In this document: piece by piece, positions 38,561-50,510 of the stretch | Layout of the letters: every line of letters starts with the position of its first letter | How positions within the stretch are numbered: position 1 is the first letter of the stretch | NCBI GenBank assembly: GCA_963575745.1 | Contig: CAUYUJ010000048.1 | Coordinates: 1 to 64,000, forward strand | Direction of reading: 5' to 3' | Length of the DNA stretch: 64,000 bases | Source: Prorocentrum cordatum | Taxonomy: Eukaryota | The notes under the pieces: model-generated | Database searches by the model: none | What the model was told of the DNA's origin: nothing | Seen by the model: only the letters and a program-made list of their open reading frames with translations | Made by a program: the position numbers and the translations under genes

Positions 38561-41500
38561 CTTCTCCCGCTTCTTCGGTGCCTGTCAGCCGCAACGGGTT
38601 ACATCAGCATGTGACCCGTTTCGGCTGGCCTCCGCGCCCTCAGCGGGCGGCCACAGCGGCAGCTCCCGCACTGCGGCCCCGCCCCATTTTGGCGTTCCCT
38701 TCACGTGTTTCGTGGCTACGTACGGAGCTCCACCGAAGGCGGTTCTCAGAATGGCGGTACTCACAATTGCATATGTCTGGGCCTTTCACTAAGACATTTT
38801 GTTGGGGTGGGCGGATGTTTTCCAAGCAAGCGTCCACAAAATTCGCTATGGAGGCATATTGGGCCATCTTGCACGATCTAACCCCTCGCGGCCCCTCTCG
38901 TGCATACCCAGGGGATGGTGTAGGGGCTCCCCGGAGGAGAAGAACTAACGAGGTGCTTAACCCACCTCTGCCCACGGGGCTTGTGGGCTTTTTGGAAAAC
39001 TTGCGATGGGCTCCGCCGAGGGCGCCCAGGAGCGTCTGAACTGCGGGGCCTGGGCCCTTGGCTTATTTCCCCAGATTTGATCGAAGGGGCCTGAGGACAC
39101 TTCACTCGGTGCATCGCAGCACGTTGGCGGACATGTGTTCCCCCCGCAAATTCCCTTTTTCTACCGCTGCTATCGATAAGCATATGTTGACAGTCATTTC
39201 ACTTCGCCTGTGGTTGGCAATGCGGTGTTAGCTTCATGGCTAGATACATGCTGATCGTCTGATCTTCTATTTGGGCAACCAGCTTGTCAGATTCCTCTTG
39301 TTCTTCTGAGTCATTGTCACCATCCTATTTCGGATCAAGCGCTTTGACGTAAAAGGCGAGAGTGTCAACCGCGTGGTGCAAGCTATCCAGTCTCGTGCCG
39401 GCAATGGTGCGTTCCAAGTCCAGCATCGTGCCTGTGGCAGCTGTGTTGGCATTGGTCGCGATTGCTCCACTTTCAGGGTTACTGGCAGTTGAGAGGCAAA
39501 GTGGTAATACACTGAAGGAGGAGGAGGAGGAGGAGGACATTGAACAAGCCAAGGAGGATGGTGAGGAGGGGTTCCACTTCATGCTGTCGATCACTGTCCA
39601 CGATGGCAGTTCCATTTCTTGTAGAACGCGTTTTAAATTTCCCAGCACAGCCCAGAGTTGCGGCCAAGTGGTGCGCGAGGAAGCCCGTATTCATATATCC
39701 CTTGCATCTTGCAGGAGGCAGCTTGAGTCGGAGGGGGTGGAGGAAGGAGGCTCGGAGGTAGACGATGTCTCGTAGAGTGCTGTGTCCGGCACGGGCCGCA
39801 ACGGATGGCGAGCCCGTTTAGGTTGTCTCGCGTTTCGCGATCGCTTCCTCTGCCCTGCCTCGTGCTCCGCCTCGTGCTCCGCCTCGTGCTCCGCCTCGTG
39901 CTCCGCTTTGCTCCTCCCTTCCGCCTCTCGCTCCGGCCCCCGTCTCCGCCTTTGTCTCTCCTCCTGCTGCTGCTGCTTCCGGTGCCTCTCCGCCGAGAGG
40001 TGTCTGAAGGCCCCCGACTCTCTGACCCTCCAGGGACTCGGCTGGCCTCCACGGGCGGCGGCCCGTCCAGGTCGGATCGGTGCTCTACTTCGGCGGGCAG
40101 CCCGGGGCCGGCCCCGACGCGTTCGTGCCGCCCGCGCTGGCCGAGGCGGGCGTTCCCAAGGCCCCCTCGCGACGTTGCCGCCGCCGCCGTCGTCGTCGCT
40201 GTCGCCGCCGCCGTCGTCGCTTCTCCGTGCGCCGCGGAGGCGGGTCCAGCGGCCGCCGCCGTGTACGACCCCTCGCTCGACGACGTCTCGGTGCAGTGGT
40301 GCGCGGGATATATATCAGGGAGCTGAGATGGCGAAAACAAGCCCGGTTGAGTCATGTGAAAGTAGTACGAAGTAGTATGAAGGAGTACTACGTTGTATTA
40401 GTTTACTACAGATAGCTGGCTCAGTTCTCTGATGTTCGTTAAATGTGGGTGCTAGTTGCGGTTATGTTTCAAGTTGGGGGCAGAAGCGGCGGAGGTTGGT
40501 TCAAGGTAGGGGAAGTTCAGTCTTCTGAAAGTTTGCCTTGTTGTGCCCTTCGTGTTGCTATTGTCTTATATGTGCTGAGAATGGTGCTATACGTGTTGCA
40601 TGAATGTTGCGCGTTGGCCTGCCGAAGGCCCCACATATCCGCATAGGCATTTAGGGTTTATTGTAAGTCCACCCCAGCACATGACTTTGCATGGGCCCGG
40701 GCAGGCGTTGCGCCATGTCTTCGAGGGCGGTGCGGAGGCTCGAAGTTAACCGCGCGCCGCGCATCGTGGGGCGCGCACCCCTACTCACGCGCCTCTGTCT
40801 TTCAAGCGCATGCGCTTCGAGCCCTGACTACGCCCAATCCTTTCCAAGCGCAAGCGCTTCGAAGCAGTAGCCGCCGCTTTTGCCGTTGAATGCACCAGTC
40901 GACAGGGCAGTGAGAGTTCGGATCACAGCCCAGCCGCCGCGTACGTTTTCGAGCTGTTTTCATGAACATTTAACGGAAAGGAAGATCTGGAGGAGGAGGA
41001 GGGGGACACGGAAGCGGGGGAGGAGGAATTTGATGATGATGAGGAGGAGAAGGAAATGGACGAGGAGGACAAGGAAAAGGAGGAGGAGGAGGAGGAGGAG
41101 GAGGAGGAGGAGGGAGGAGGAGGGCGTCATCGAAGGGCTTGCGCTGGCTGACATCAAAGATGGCCAGTCCAGGCATTCATCCTTTTCGGACCATGTTCAG
41201 AATTACGCTGGTGGCAGAAACTTCAATCACATTTCCCAGCGCTTGCGCTACCTACCCTCATTCTTGTGCGAGGCGCTTGCGCTTGAAAGTGGGACCGTAG
41301 AAAACGGTGCATTGATTTCTGACATTTTACATGCTCATGCAGTGTGTTGTTCCCCCTTGGGGCTCAGCGCCGGGGCTGGGCGTCGGGGTGGGCGGTGGGC
41401 CCAAGGCTGGGCGACGTCGGGACTCGGCGTCTGGCGGGTTCCTCAGCGGCGCCTGCCCTTGCCGCCCTTGCCCTTGCCCGCCTTGTCTTTGCCTGGAGCG

Positions 41501-42039
41501 TTGTTATTTTCGTTGTGCTTGTCCTTGCTTTTGTCCTTCTTGACCTCAGCGGTGCTTTTGTCCTTTTTGTCTTTGCCCTTTTCCTGGGCATTGTCCCTGC
41601 CCTTTGCCTAGACCTGAGCGGTGCCCTTGTTATTGGCGTTGTCTTTGTCCTTGCGCGGCATTTCCTTGCCCTTGGTCTTGTCCTAGGCGGTGTCCTTGTC
41701 CTGTCCATTGCTTTTGCTCTTGCCCATGTGCGCCCTGTCCCTGCTCTTGTCCTTGTCCTCGGCCCTGTCCTTGTCGCCGGGCTGCGTGTCGCTAGAGGGC
41801 TCGTCGCTGAGTAAATGTGTTCATGCAGTTTATAGGATCCATTGAATCTTGAACTCTCTGCATTGATTTTGGGTGTTGTTTTCACCCGTAGGCACCCTCT
41901 CGGCTCGAGGTTGTTGCGTGTTTGAGGAACAGGTCTCATCGCCACCATCCTATCGGATGTCGCTCGATGTGTTTCCGCGCGTCAGTGGTAGCGGAGCGTG
42001 ACACTCCCAGCGGAGTGCGAAACGGTCCGCGGCGTTCCA

Positions 42040-42750
42040 GGGCCGTCTTGGAGGCCATCTTGGGTATCTTGGGGGCCTCGTGGGCCGTGTTGGGGCTCCT
42101 CTTGGGGCCGTCTTGGGGGCCTCTTGGGCCGTTCTGGGTCCATTTTGGAGGCCTCTTGAGCTATCTTGGGGCGACCCTGGAGGGTTGTTGGGCAGACTCG
42201 GGCCATCGGAAGGCCGAACAGAAACACATGCCAACATCTTTCAAACATCCTTGGGACATCAGTGCTTTGGGCATCTTCGGGCCTTCCTGGAAGCCTTCTT
42301 GAGGTCTCCTTGGGCCGTCTTGGAGACATCTTGGATGCCTTTGGGCTGTCTCGGGCCATCTTGGAGCCATCTTGGACCGTCTTGGTGGGCTCCTGGTCCG
42401 TCCGGCGCCGTCGGGAGCCGTCTTGGGGGCCTCTCTGGGCCGACTTAGGGCCCTCTTTGGGTGCCCCAGGGTCATCTTAGGGGCCATCTTGGGGGTCTTG
42501 GATGCCATTTGAGCCGTCTTGGGGGCCTGTTGGTCCGTGTTGGGGCCCTCTTGGGGCCGTCTTGGGGCCCTCTTGGGCCATTCTGGGGCCATCTTTGAGG
42601 CCTCTTTGGCGATTTGGGGGCGATCTTGGGGGGCGTTTCGGGCCGTTGGAAGGCGGAAAAGAAGCAAATGCCAGCATCCTTCAAACACGTATGGAACATC
42701 AATGATTCTTCGGCTTGCGCCGCACCGCCGATCCCTTGGGGGGTAGTCGC
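42040..42750 (+). repeat. Dispersed repeat family of 11-nt-like ggccgtcttgg / ggccatcttgg / ggcctcttgg units
   Basis: Related blocks in the same orientation at about 3830-4330, 11400-12070, 28490-28920, 30760-30960 and 46190-46930. Confidence 0.85.
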
Positions 42751-42789
42751 GGCAAGATTGACGCCGGGACAGGGGGCTCAGAAACTGCA

Positions 42790-45420
42790 ACAGTGACCAG
42801 ATGCCGTTTGACCGCGCTGTCAGGCAGTGTCGGTACACGAGGGGCATTGTGCCTGAGTCACAGCGAGCGCCCGTGAGTTCCTTGAGGTGGCTGGGCCATG
42901 CAAGACTGGGTAGTCAACGATGTCACTCCACCCTGCGCGGGGAACTCTAGAGCTAGCAGTGCCCGCGATCTGTATCTTGGCAGTTTTGAACTGCGCAGCA
43001 AGCATGCGCGGACTCCCCGCGGCGCGTAGTCCCACCGGGACCTTCTTGCCATTTCCAATGGCGCGCACATTGAGAATAGTTGGGAAAGCTCTCTATCTGC
43101 CAGCCGAGCGCGCGGCGCAACGTCGCGGGAGAAGAAGCAGAAGGAAGAACGTCCAGGGCATTTCGGGTGAAGGGGGGGTCGCGAGGGGAGACGAGCGCCG
43201 AGGGCATGTGTTTTTCGAGCTGGGAGCGTCAGAGACCAAGTTGAAGTCACCTTGGCGCAGGCTGGGGAACTGCGAACGGCGGGGCACATCGATCATGTCT
43301 ATCCATGCCCACTCAGACGCAAAGGGACAAGCTGACCACACTTCCCACGGGCCAACAGGGGGGGTCAATTATCTTGAGAGCAGCATGTGCACGCATCGCA
43401 TCTGCCATCTCATTCAGGGGATCTTCAACATGTGGCCTAACCTGGTGGAAGGATGCGGGAGAAGCCTGCTGGGGCAAGAGTGCGAGGGGCCATCTAGAAA
43501 GGCCAGCAATTCCTGACAGACCTCCCCCACCTGGCGCCGCCCTCGCGACGGAAAAGCTACCAGCGTGACAGCCAACATCTGCGCGCTGTGACTGCGAAGC
43601 CCATGGCGCGGCCCAAAACATAGCCGCGGTCTCGGCAGCCATGCTGGCGCGAGCAGGGGGGGGGAGACAGTGCGTCCAGGTCGAGAACTCCTGCAACGTA
43701 TCCCCTCGGGTGCGGGGGCCCCGAGGGGCGCAGTGGCAGCGCGGCGAATGCCCGCTGCGGCGGCTTGTCACCTCCTCCCCCCCGCCCACCAGAGTTGATG
43801 GAATCACGACAACCGCGGAGGGGATTGCGCAAGATGGGGGGAACGGCTTGTCAGTGGGCCAGAGAGCAAGGTAACGCAGGAACCTTTCTCGAAATCCTGC
43901 CATCGCCTTGCAGAAGCCCGCGACCAGGGTGCCTTAATTGCCCCCGGCGAACCTGAGCTCTGCACATTCGACAACCTTAACGCGTTGCAGGGCCCACCTG
44001 GACTGCGATCGGAGAGATCCATCGGGATCGGGGATGGGCGGCTGAGCTACCCCGCGGGCTCTTCCTCGGCGGGCTGCTTTTCCCTTGCTGGCATGCCGCC
44101 CCATCCTGCTTCGGAGGGCGCAGCTCGCCTTCCGCGCGCCGGCGATCGAGGCGCGCCGCTCTGCCGCGCGCGGCTGGCCGCTGTCGAGCCACCTAGAGGG
44201 CTCCGCGGCCCAGCGCTGGCAGTGGCAGACGACGCCCGCCACTGAAAACCAAATCCCCCGACGCACGCGGCCGCGCCTGCGTTGGAAGCTGAGGCGGCGG
44301 AATCATTCCTTGCGGCGGGGCCCTCGTCGCCGCCAGCAGTGGTTCGCGCGTCGCATTCAGCGTGTCGAACTGCGCGCCAAGACTGCTCGCAGTGGGGTCC
44401 ATGCGCTCCGGGGAAGCAACGAGGTTCCTCGATGGAGACGGAATCTGAGGCTGCGCCACTGACGAGTCGACAATCTGTGCTGGCTGCGCAGGCGTCGTCG
44501 GCTGCGGCGTCGTCGTTGGCCCTCTCCTTCGAAGCCGTCGATGCGGCGCTGGCTCCTTCTCCTCCTGCCGTCTCGACTTGCTCCGCATCGGTCTCCATGG
44601 CTGCGAGCTCGTCTAGAGGCTCTTGACCCGCCATCTCCATGCTTTCGATCTCCGCAAGAGCCTGCTGATGTCGGTGTACGCATTGCTTTCGCTGCGCGCG
44701 AAGGGCGTCGAAATCGGCCTCCTTGGGTTGAATGGCCTGATCCTGCGAATCCAGACGCGCCTGCAGTCGCTGCAACGCAGCCCGCTGGCGCTCTTCTGCC
44801 CCCACGGGCGGCAGAGGTGGATCGCAGTGAGGAGGATCGCACACCGTTCTCGCTCCTCATCCCCAGAGTCCCCTGCAGCTTCCCTCATTCGGATGGACAC
44901 CGCCAAAGCCTTCATCTCTGCGCGCCTCCGAGTGATGCACTGCTTTCTCTTGGCCTCTGAGGCTTGTTCGTCGGTCGCTGCGGAAAACGATGGTGATGCA
45001 CTGCGTGGGCTGGAAGCGCCGGCAGAATGTTCAGATGGAGGTGCCATTGCCGCCCTCCTCTTCTTCGTCTGCGAAATGCGTGCATGGGGATATCTGGCGC
45101 TGCCGCTCGGGCTGACCACGTCTCCCCCTCGACATGCGTCGGGTTGGCGTCCGCCGGGCTGACTGTTGACCCTCGTCGGCGGCTTTCGGACCCGCGGCTT
45201 TCGAACCATTCCGCGCGCCACCGGCGCCTGTTGGCCAGTGAACTGCGCGCCCCCTTGAGGCCCCTGACGATGAGGACCGGCTTGGCGGGGAGGGGCATGT
45301 CCGCGACCATGGGGCACGACATTGATTTGATCTGGCATGCACCTATACAGAACTGTCAGCCCAAAGAATTGACGGCACCACATATTTCACAGAACCAGTC
45401 ATCCTGCATCGGACGTTTGG
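42790..45420 (-). mobile_element. Decayed LINE-like relic: RanBP2-type finger and coiled-coil ORF1, then RNase H remnant, then APE N-terminus
   Basis: DDWFCEICGAVN..FC..C at about 45330-45410. Coiled coil at about 44590-44790. FHQVRPHVEDPLNEMAD (RNase H C-terminal motif) at about 43395-43455. ILNVRAI..LAAQF..IQIAG..SR (APE start) at about 42940-43080. Many stops and frameshifts. Confidence 0.55.
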
Positions 45421-48400
45421 CAGAATGGTGACTAAACAGTTGGGTCTGAGCAGCAACGACTCTCAACAGCAAACGATCGTTGGTCCTCCGCTGTCGGGCT
45501 CGCCTGTGCCAGGCACCCTCTGGCTCGTTCCTTGGAATCGCGGTTGGCCGCTGCCCTAGCGACTGGCACGCTAGGCTCGGGAGGATCTGGCAGGAAGATC
45601 TCATAACAACCGAAATCCAACATACACCGCCAGGAAATGCCTCCGATGGTTCGGGCCTTAGGAGGAGAAGGAGGAGGAGGAGGAGGAGGAGGAGAAGGAG
45701 GAGGAGGAGGTTGAGGAGGAAGAGGAGGAGGAGGAAGAGGGGAAAGAGGAGGAGGAGGAGGAGGAGGAGGACGAGAAGGAGGAGGGAGCATCTTGGGAAC
45801 CTCGGGGGGCACTCTTGAGGCCTCCTGGGAGCTTCCTGGGACTTCTTGGAGGCCTCCTGGGGGCCTCGGAGTATAATGTGTCCCCCCAGTTGCGATGAAT
45901 CACTCTCGGGGAACACGTCGGGGGAAAAGGAAACATTAGGAATGGGACTGCTGGGCCCAGCTTTGCGACACAATCGAATCATGTGTTCCCCTCCCCCAGA
46001 TACTCGGGAAACTCTTACGACGAGGAGAGAGACAGGGAGAGACAGAGAGAGAGAGAGAGAAACACTAACAGAGAGAGAGTGAGAGAGAATTATGGAGGGA
46101 ACGAGAGAAAGAGAGTGGGACAGAGCGAGAGAGAGAGAGAGAGACGAGGAGGAGGAGGAGGAGGAGGAGGTGAAGGAGGAGGAAGAGACCTCTTGAGAGC
46201 CTCTTGGGGCACCCTCGGGACCTCGTGGGAGCTTCTCGGAGACCTCTTGGAGGCCTCTTGGGGGCCTCCTTGGCCCTCTTGTGTGTCTTTGGGGGCTTTG
46301 GGGGAGCCTCTTTGGCCATCTTCGGGCGTTCCTGGCCCCTCTGACGCCGTCGGCAGCCGTCTGGGGGGCCCTTCGTTGCCGTCTTTGGACCGTCGTGGGG
46401 GGCCTCAGGGCCGACCTCAGGGCCGTCTTGGAGGCCATCGTGGGCGTCTTGGAGGCCTCGTGGGCCGTCTAGGGGCCCTCTTGGGGCCGTCTTGGGGGCT
46501 TCTTGGGCCATCCCAGAGGCCATCTTGGAGGCCTCTTGGGCGCTCCGGGGGCGATCTTTGGGACTCTTGAGCCGTCGTAGGCCGTCAGAAGCTTGGAAAA
46601 TGGCAAAAGCCATACACTTTGAAACCACCTATGGACGGAGGCTTTTCAGGCGGATTTGGAGCTATCTGGGACTCTCGGGCCGTCTCGGAGACCATCTTGG
46701 ACCATCTTGGGTGAACTTGCGGGCCATCTTGGCAGTCTTGGAGGCCATGTAGGCCATACGAAAGCCGTTTGGGACAGGGAAAACCTTTGCAACCGGGTCT
46801 TCCGCAGGGCCGGCGGAACGGGCCAAAGCCCCAGGGGAGAGTTCTTTGGGGAAACGAGTCAAAGCCAAGGGGATAGGATTCAGGACGCCAGACACTCCTG
46901 TCGCAAGCCAACAGGGGGCGGCGGATCGAAGACGCCTAATGCGAATCACCGCCGCCCCCTGCCTTTTGAAATCGCCCATGTGGCGCTCCCACCTCCCCCC
47001 TTCCTGCTCCCCTCCTCCCTCCTCCATCCTCCCTGCTCCCCCCTTCCTCCCTCACTCCCGCCTCGCCCTGGAGGAGGAGAGGATCTGGACTGGTGTGAAG
47101 GACGTGGCGTCCTCCCAGGTACGGCGACGAGTCGGTCGCGCCCCCGAGGAACTGCGGGCTTCTGGCCTAGCTCTCCAGGATCGGTTCCCGATCGCGCTGC
47201 CACTTCGGAGGGAGAGGGGAGGAGGTCTTCCTTCGCCGACCATCGAGGGCCATCCCAGGCATCATCCCCCTCCATCCCTTCTTGACCCCACCTCCCCCCC
47301 CATCTTCTGGCTCTTCCAACTGTCTCTGTCTCCTCGTCCTCCTTCCAATCCCCCCCCCCGGCCCGCGGAGCACCGGCCCTCTAAGGTTCTGCATGGGCTG
47401 AGCCGGAGACACCAAGTGCCCTGTCAAGGTGCGCTTGCCGTAGGTGGCGCTCACATGGCGCGAGCTGATCCTCCTCCTCCTCCTCCTCCTTCCACTACTC
47501 CCTCGCCCTCCACCTGCTCCTCCACCTGCTCTTTCGCCTCCTTCTCTTCCTCCGTCTCCTCCTCAGCTTCCTCGTCCGCCTGCTCGTCCTCCTTGTCCTC
47601 ATCGTTGTCTCCCTTCTCGCTCCCCCTCGTCATCCTCTCACAGCTTCCCCTCACTCTCCTCCGAAGTATGATGATCCTTCTTCTCGTCCTGATGGCCGTT
47701 CTCCTCTCTCCTCGCCATCCTGCTCCTCCTCGCCATTCTTCCTCCAGCTCCTCTTCGCTCTACTCTTCCGTTCCTCATCCTTCTCTTTCATCTTCTCCCT
47801 TTTCCCCGTCCATGCATCTACAGAGCATCCCTATCGTTCTAATTCTCCTCCTCCTCCTCCTCACGCCCCCCCCCCCGCCTGCGCTGCAGATGCCGCAGGC
47901 CAGGCCCGGTAGGACTGCCAGCCTCTGGGCGGAGGGAGACCCTGGCCGTACTCGAGACGGCAGCTGGCAGCGCCAGAACGCTGGGCAGCGTGAGCCCCTG
48001 GCACTGGAGGCCCGAGTACATGCACACGGCCAGCGCCTCCCTCCTCATCCTCTCGCCTGCTCCAGTGCCTCCCTCCTATTCTTCCTTGCTCCTCGTGCTT
48101 TCGCCAGCTTTCTCACCCCCCCCCTCCTCCAGTGCCTCCCTCGTCCTCCACCGTCCTCCACCTCCTCCTCCTCCTCCTCCTCCTCCTCCTCCTCCTCCTC
48201 CTCTACCTTCCTGTTCCTCATCTCCTTTCGCCTCCTCTTGCACAGCCTGCGCCGAGGAGGGTGGAGGGGGAGAGGGGAGCACGCAGGAGGAGGGCGACGA
48301 TGGAGACGGCAACCGCGAGTACGATGAAGACTGATGAGGCAGATGATGGAGGAGGAGAGAGGAGGGCGCGAATTGGGGAAGCACCGGGTGGGGATGGAGA

Positions 48401-48738
48401 GGAGGACGAGGACGTGGGAGGCACACTTGAAGAGGAGGAGGGGGATGTACTAGAGGAGGAACACGGTGGAAGGAGGACGGAGGGACGTGAAGGTGCAAGA
48501 GGGTAGAGGGGGGGCGGAGACATTGTGTTGGGATGCATGTCCTCGGGCCCCTTCCTGGCGCGCTCGACACCTGGACAATTCGAGGCTGACTTGGAGTAGC
48601 CGCTCACCCTGACGCGCGGAGCGCAAGGCGGATGACTCGTCGCCACCTCAGCCTGGTGGCCACTGACTGCGGATGCGCCGTCGTCGTCGGGGTCGCCACT
48701 ACTGCCACCGCCACCACAACTGCTGCCGCCGCCGCTGC

Positions 48739-48739
<1 letters not shown>

Positions 48740-48770
<31 letters not shown>

Positions 48771-48789
48771 CCGCCGCCGCCGTCGTCGT

Positions 48790-48841
<52 letters not shown>

Positions 48842-48970
48842 GGTGTTTCGTCGTCTTCGGTTCGTCGTCGTCGGTTCGTCGTCGTCGGTTCGTCGTCGTC
48901 GGTCGGTTCGTCGTCGTCGGTTCGTCGTCGTCGGTCGGTTCGTTGTCGTCGTCGTCGTCGTCGTCGTCGT
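48740..48970. repeat. (GTC)n microsatellite
   Basis: Seen directly; degenerate copies at about 22480-22720 and 29380-29850. Confidence 0.9.
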
Positions 48971-49183
48971 CTCGGGCCTCGTCTTACGCAGGCATTTTCT
49001 TAGTGCCAGGCGTCGTCGCCGCCCGCCGTCCGCCGCCCGCCGTCCGCCGCCCGTCGTCGGCGAGGACGGCGAAGACACCGACGGGATCAGGCGGTTCGGA
49101 CAGTCCAAAGTACATCCCCGTGGGTCTCCTCCTCCTCTTTCACCTCCTCCTCCTCCTCATCTTCCCATCTTCATGATTTTCTC

Positions 49184-49205
49184 TCCGTAGCCATTTTGGC
49201 TCAAG
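49184..49205 (+). other. Full-length dinoflagellate spliced leader (DinoSL) at the 5' end of a LINE
   Basis: TCCGTAGCCATTTTGGCTCAAG matches the DinoSL consensus DCCGTAGCCATTTTGGCTCAAG at 22/22. It is followed by GCTAT rather than a GT donor, so it does not look like an SL RNA gene. Confidence 0.95.
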
Positions 49206-49349
49206 GCTATGCTGTTGCGGGCTGAGCCCGCATTGGCTTTCACGGATACCGCTAGTCCGCGGCAGTGCGAGGGCTCTTGAGCCCGATCAGTTCTTTGCCC
49301 GCACCATAGGGGCGTACGGGCCGCCCGCTTCTCTCACCACGTTCGTGGC

Positions 49350-50510
49350 ATGGGGAGCAATGCGCGCAAGGAGGTGCTCCTTGGCCCCCGTTCCCCCCCG
49401 TGGGGATGTGGGCGCTGCGGGAGAGACGGGAACTGGGCGTCGCGGCTCGTCTGCCGCTGCGGCGCCAAGGCCCCCGAGAGGATCGCGAAGGCCGCCAAGG
49501 CGGAGCACGAGAAGATCGTTGCTGGCAAGGGAGGCGGCCAGGAGCAGCAGTGGCCCCGTGGAGGCGGCGCCAACGGCTCCAGCAAGGACGGCGAGAAGGG
49601 CTTGGCCAAGCAGCTTGCCGACATTAAGAAGCAGCTGGCCCAGCTCCAGTCCACGACGACCACGAAGCAGCCGCAGCCGGCTGCCGCAGCCGACGAGGAG
49701 GACCCTGAGGCCAAGGCTCTGGAGGATGCCAGGCAGTCCCTGGAGACGTTTCGCAAGGTGGCCCAGAGCAAGTCCTCGTCGGAAGCTGCCAAGAAGTTCG
49801 CGAATGAGGAGATCGCGAGGCTGCAGGAGAAGATCACGCAGGCACGGTCTCCCGAGCTCCAGCAGCTCTCCATCACCCAGAAGATCACGCGCGCCAAGGC
49901 CTCGGCGGCTAGCTGGCGCGAGAAGGCTTCGCAGAAGGAGGAGGAGCTCAAGAACATTCAGGGCAAGCTTCAGCAGGAGATTGACAAGTTCAAGGCCGCT
50001 GCAGACGAAGCTCAGGCCCGAGTTGAGGAGCTACAACGGCAAGCAGCTGAACAGGTCGCCAAGCTTGCAGGAGCGGCAGCCGCGGCCCCATCGGCACCTG
50101 CGGCGGCAAGGGCTCCACCTTCGTATGAGCTTGACCCCGAAGCCGTCTTGGCCCAGGGCAGTGAGTTCCAGGATTGGTACCGCAAGTTTCAGGCAGAGAC
50201 CCAGGGGGCCCAAGGTCAGATCCTCATGGAGATGCTGCGGGCCCAGGCTCCTTCTGCTGCTCAGCACGGTGGCCTGCCTCCTTCAGGTGCTGGCGCAGGC
50301 GCCGCTGTTCACGTCGACCAGCCCGCTGGAGACGACGACATCGACATGGAGCTGCTCGGCGCGGACGGGTTCGAGGCCAAGTCAGAGGAGCTGCGCAAGG
50401 CCACGGTGGAGCTCCGCCAGGCCAGGCCCGAGGACCAGGAGGTTCTCAAGCGGAAGGTCGCGGCAGCGGCAGCGGCCCTCGGCCTCGGCAAGCGACAGAA
50501 GAGGCTTTGA
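49350..50510 (+). CDS. LINE ORF1 (386 aa): N-terminal Cys-rich zinc finger plus long coiled coil
   Basis: WGCGRCGRDGNWASRLVCRCG is a RanBP2-like finger. K/E/Q/A-rich helical segments and GC3-rich codons follow, and the ORF lies directly upstream of ORF2. Confidence 0.85.
   Translation: MGSNARKEVLLGPRSPPWGCGRCGRDGNWASRLVCRCGAKAPERIAKAAKAEHEKIVAGKGGGQEQQWPRGGGANGSSKDGEKGLAKQLADIKKQLAQLQSTTTTKQPQPAAAADEEDPEAKALEDARQSLETFRKVAQSKSSSEAAKKFANEEIARLQEKITQARSPELQQLSITQKITRAKASAASWREKASQKEEELKNIQGKLQQEIDKFKAAADEAQARVEELQRQAAEQVAKLAGAAAAAPSAPAAARAPPSYELDPEAVLAQGSEFQDWYRKFQAETQGAQGQILMEMLRAQAPSAAQHGGLPPSGAGAGAAVHVDQPAGDDDIDMELLGADGFEAKSEELRKATVELRQARPEDQEVLKRKVAAAAAALGLGKRQKRL

Noticed and set aside
41130..41800. 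Lys/Asp/Gly-rich minus-strand frame (DKDK..GKGKGGKG)
   Set aside because: Low complexity with several stops; it may be a decayed element ORF but no domain is supportable.
45625..45650. Possible reverse-strand SL relic at the head of the minus-strand LINE relic
   Set aside because: Too many mismatches to separate from chance.
49345..50505. N-terminal extension of the 2147-aa ORF overlapping ORF1
   Set aside because: The Arg/Ser/Pro-rich translation is what the +1 shadow frame of a GC3-rich ORF looks like; recognisable domains begin only after the ORF1 stop.
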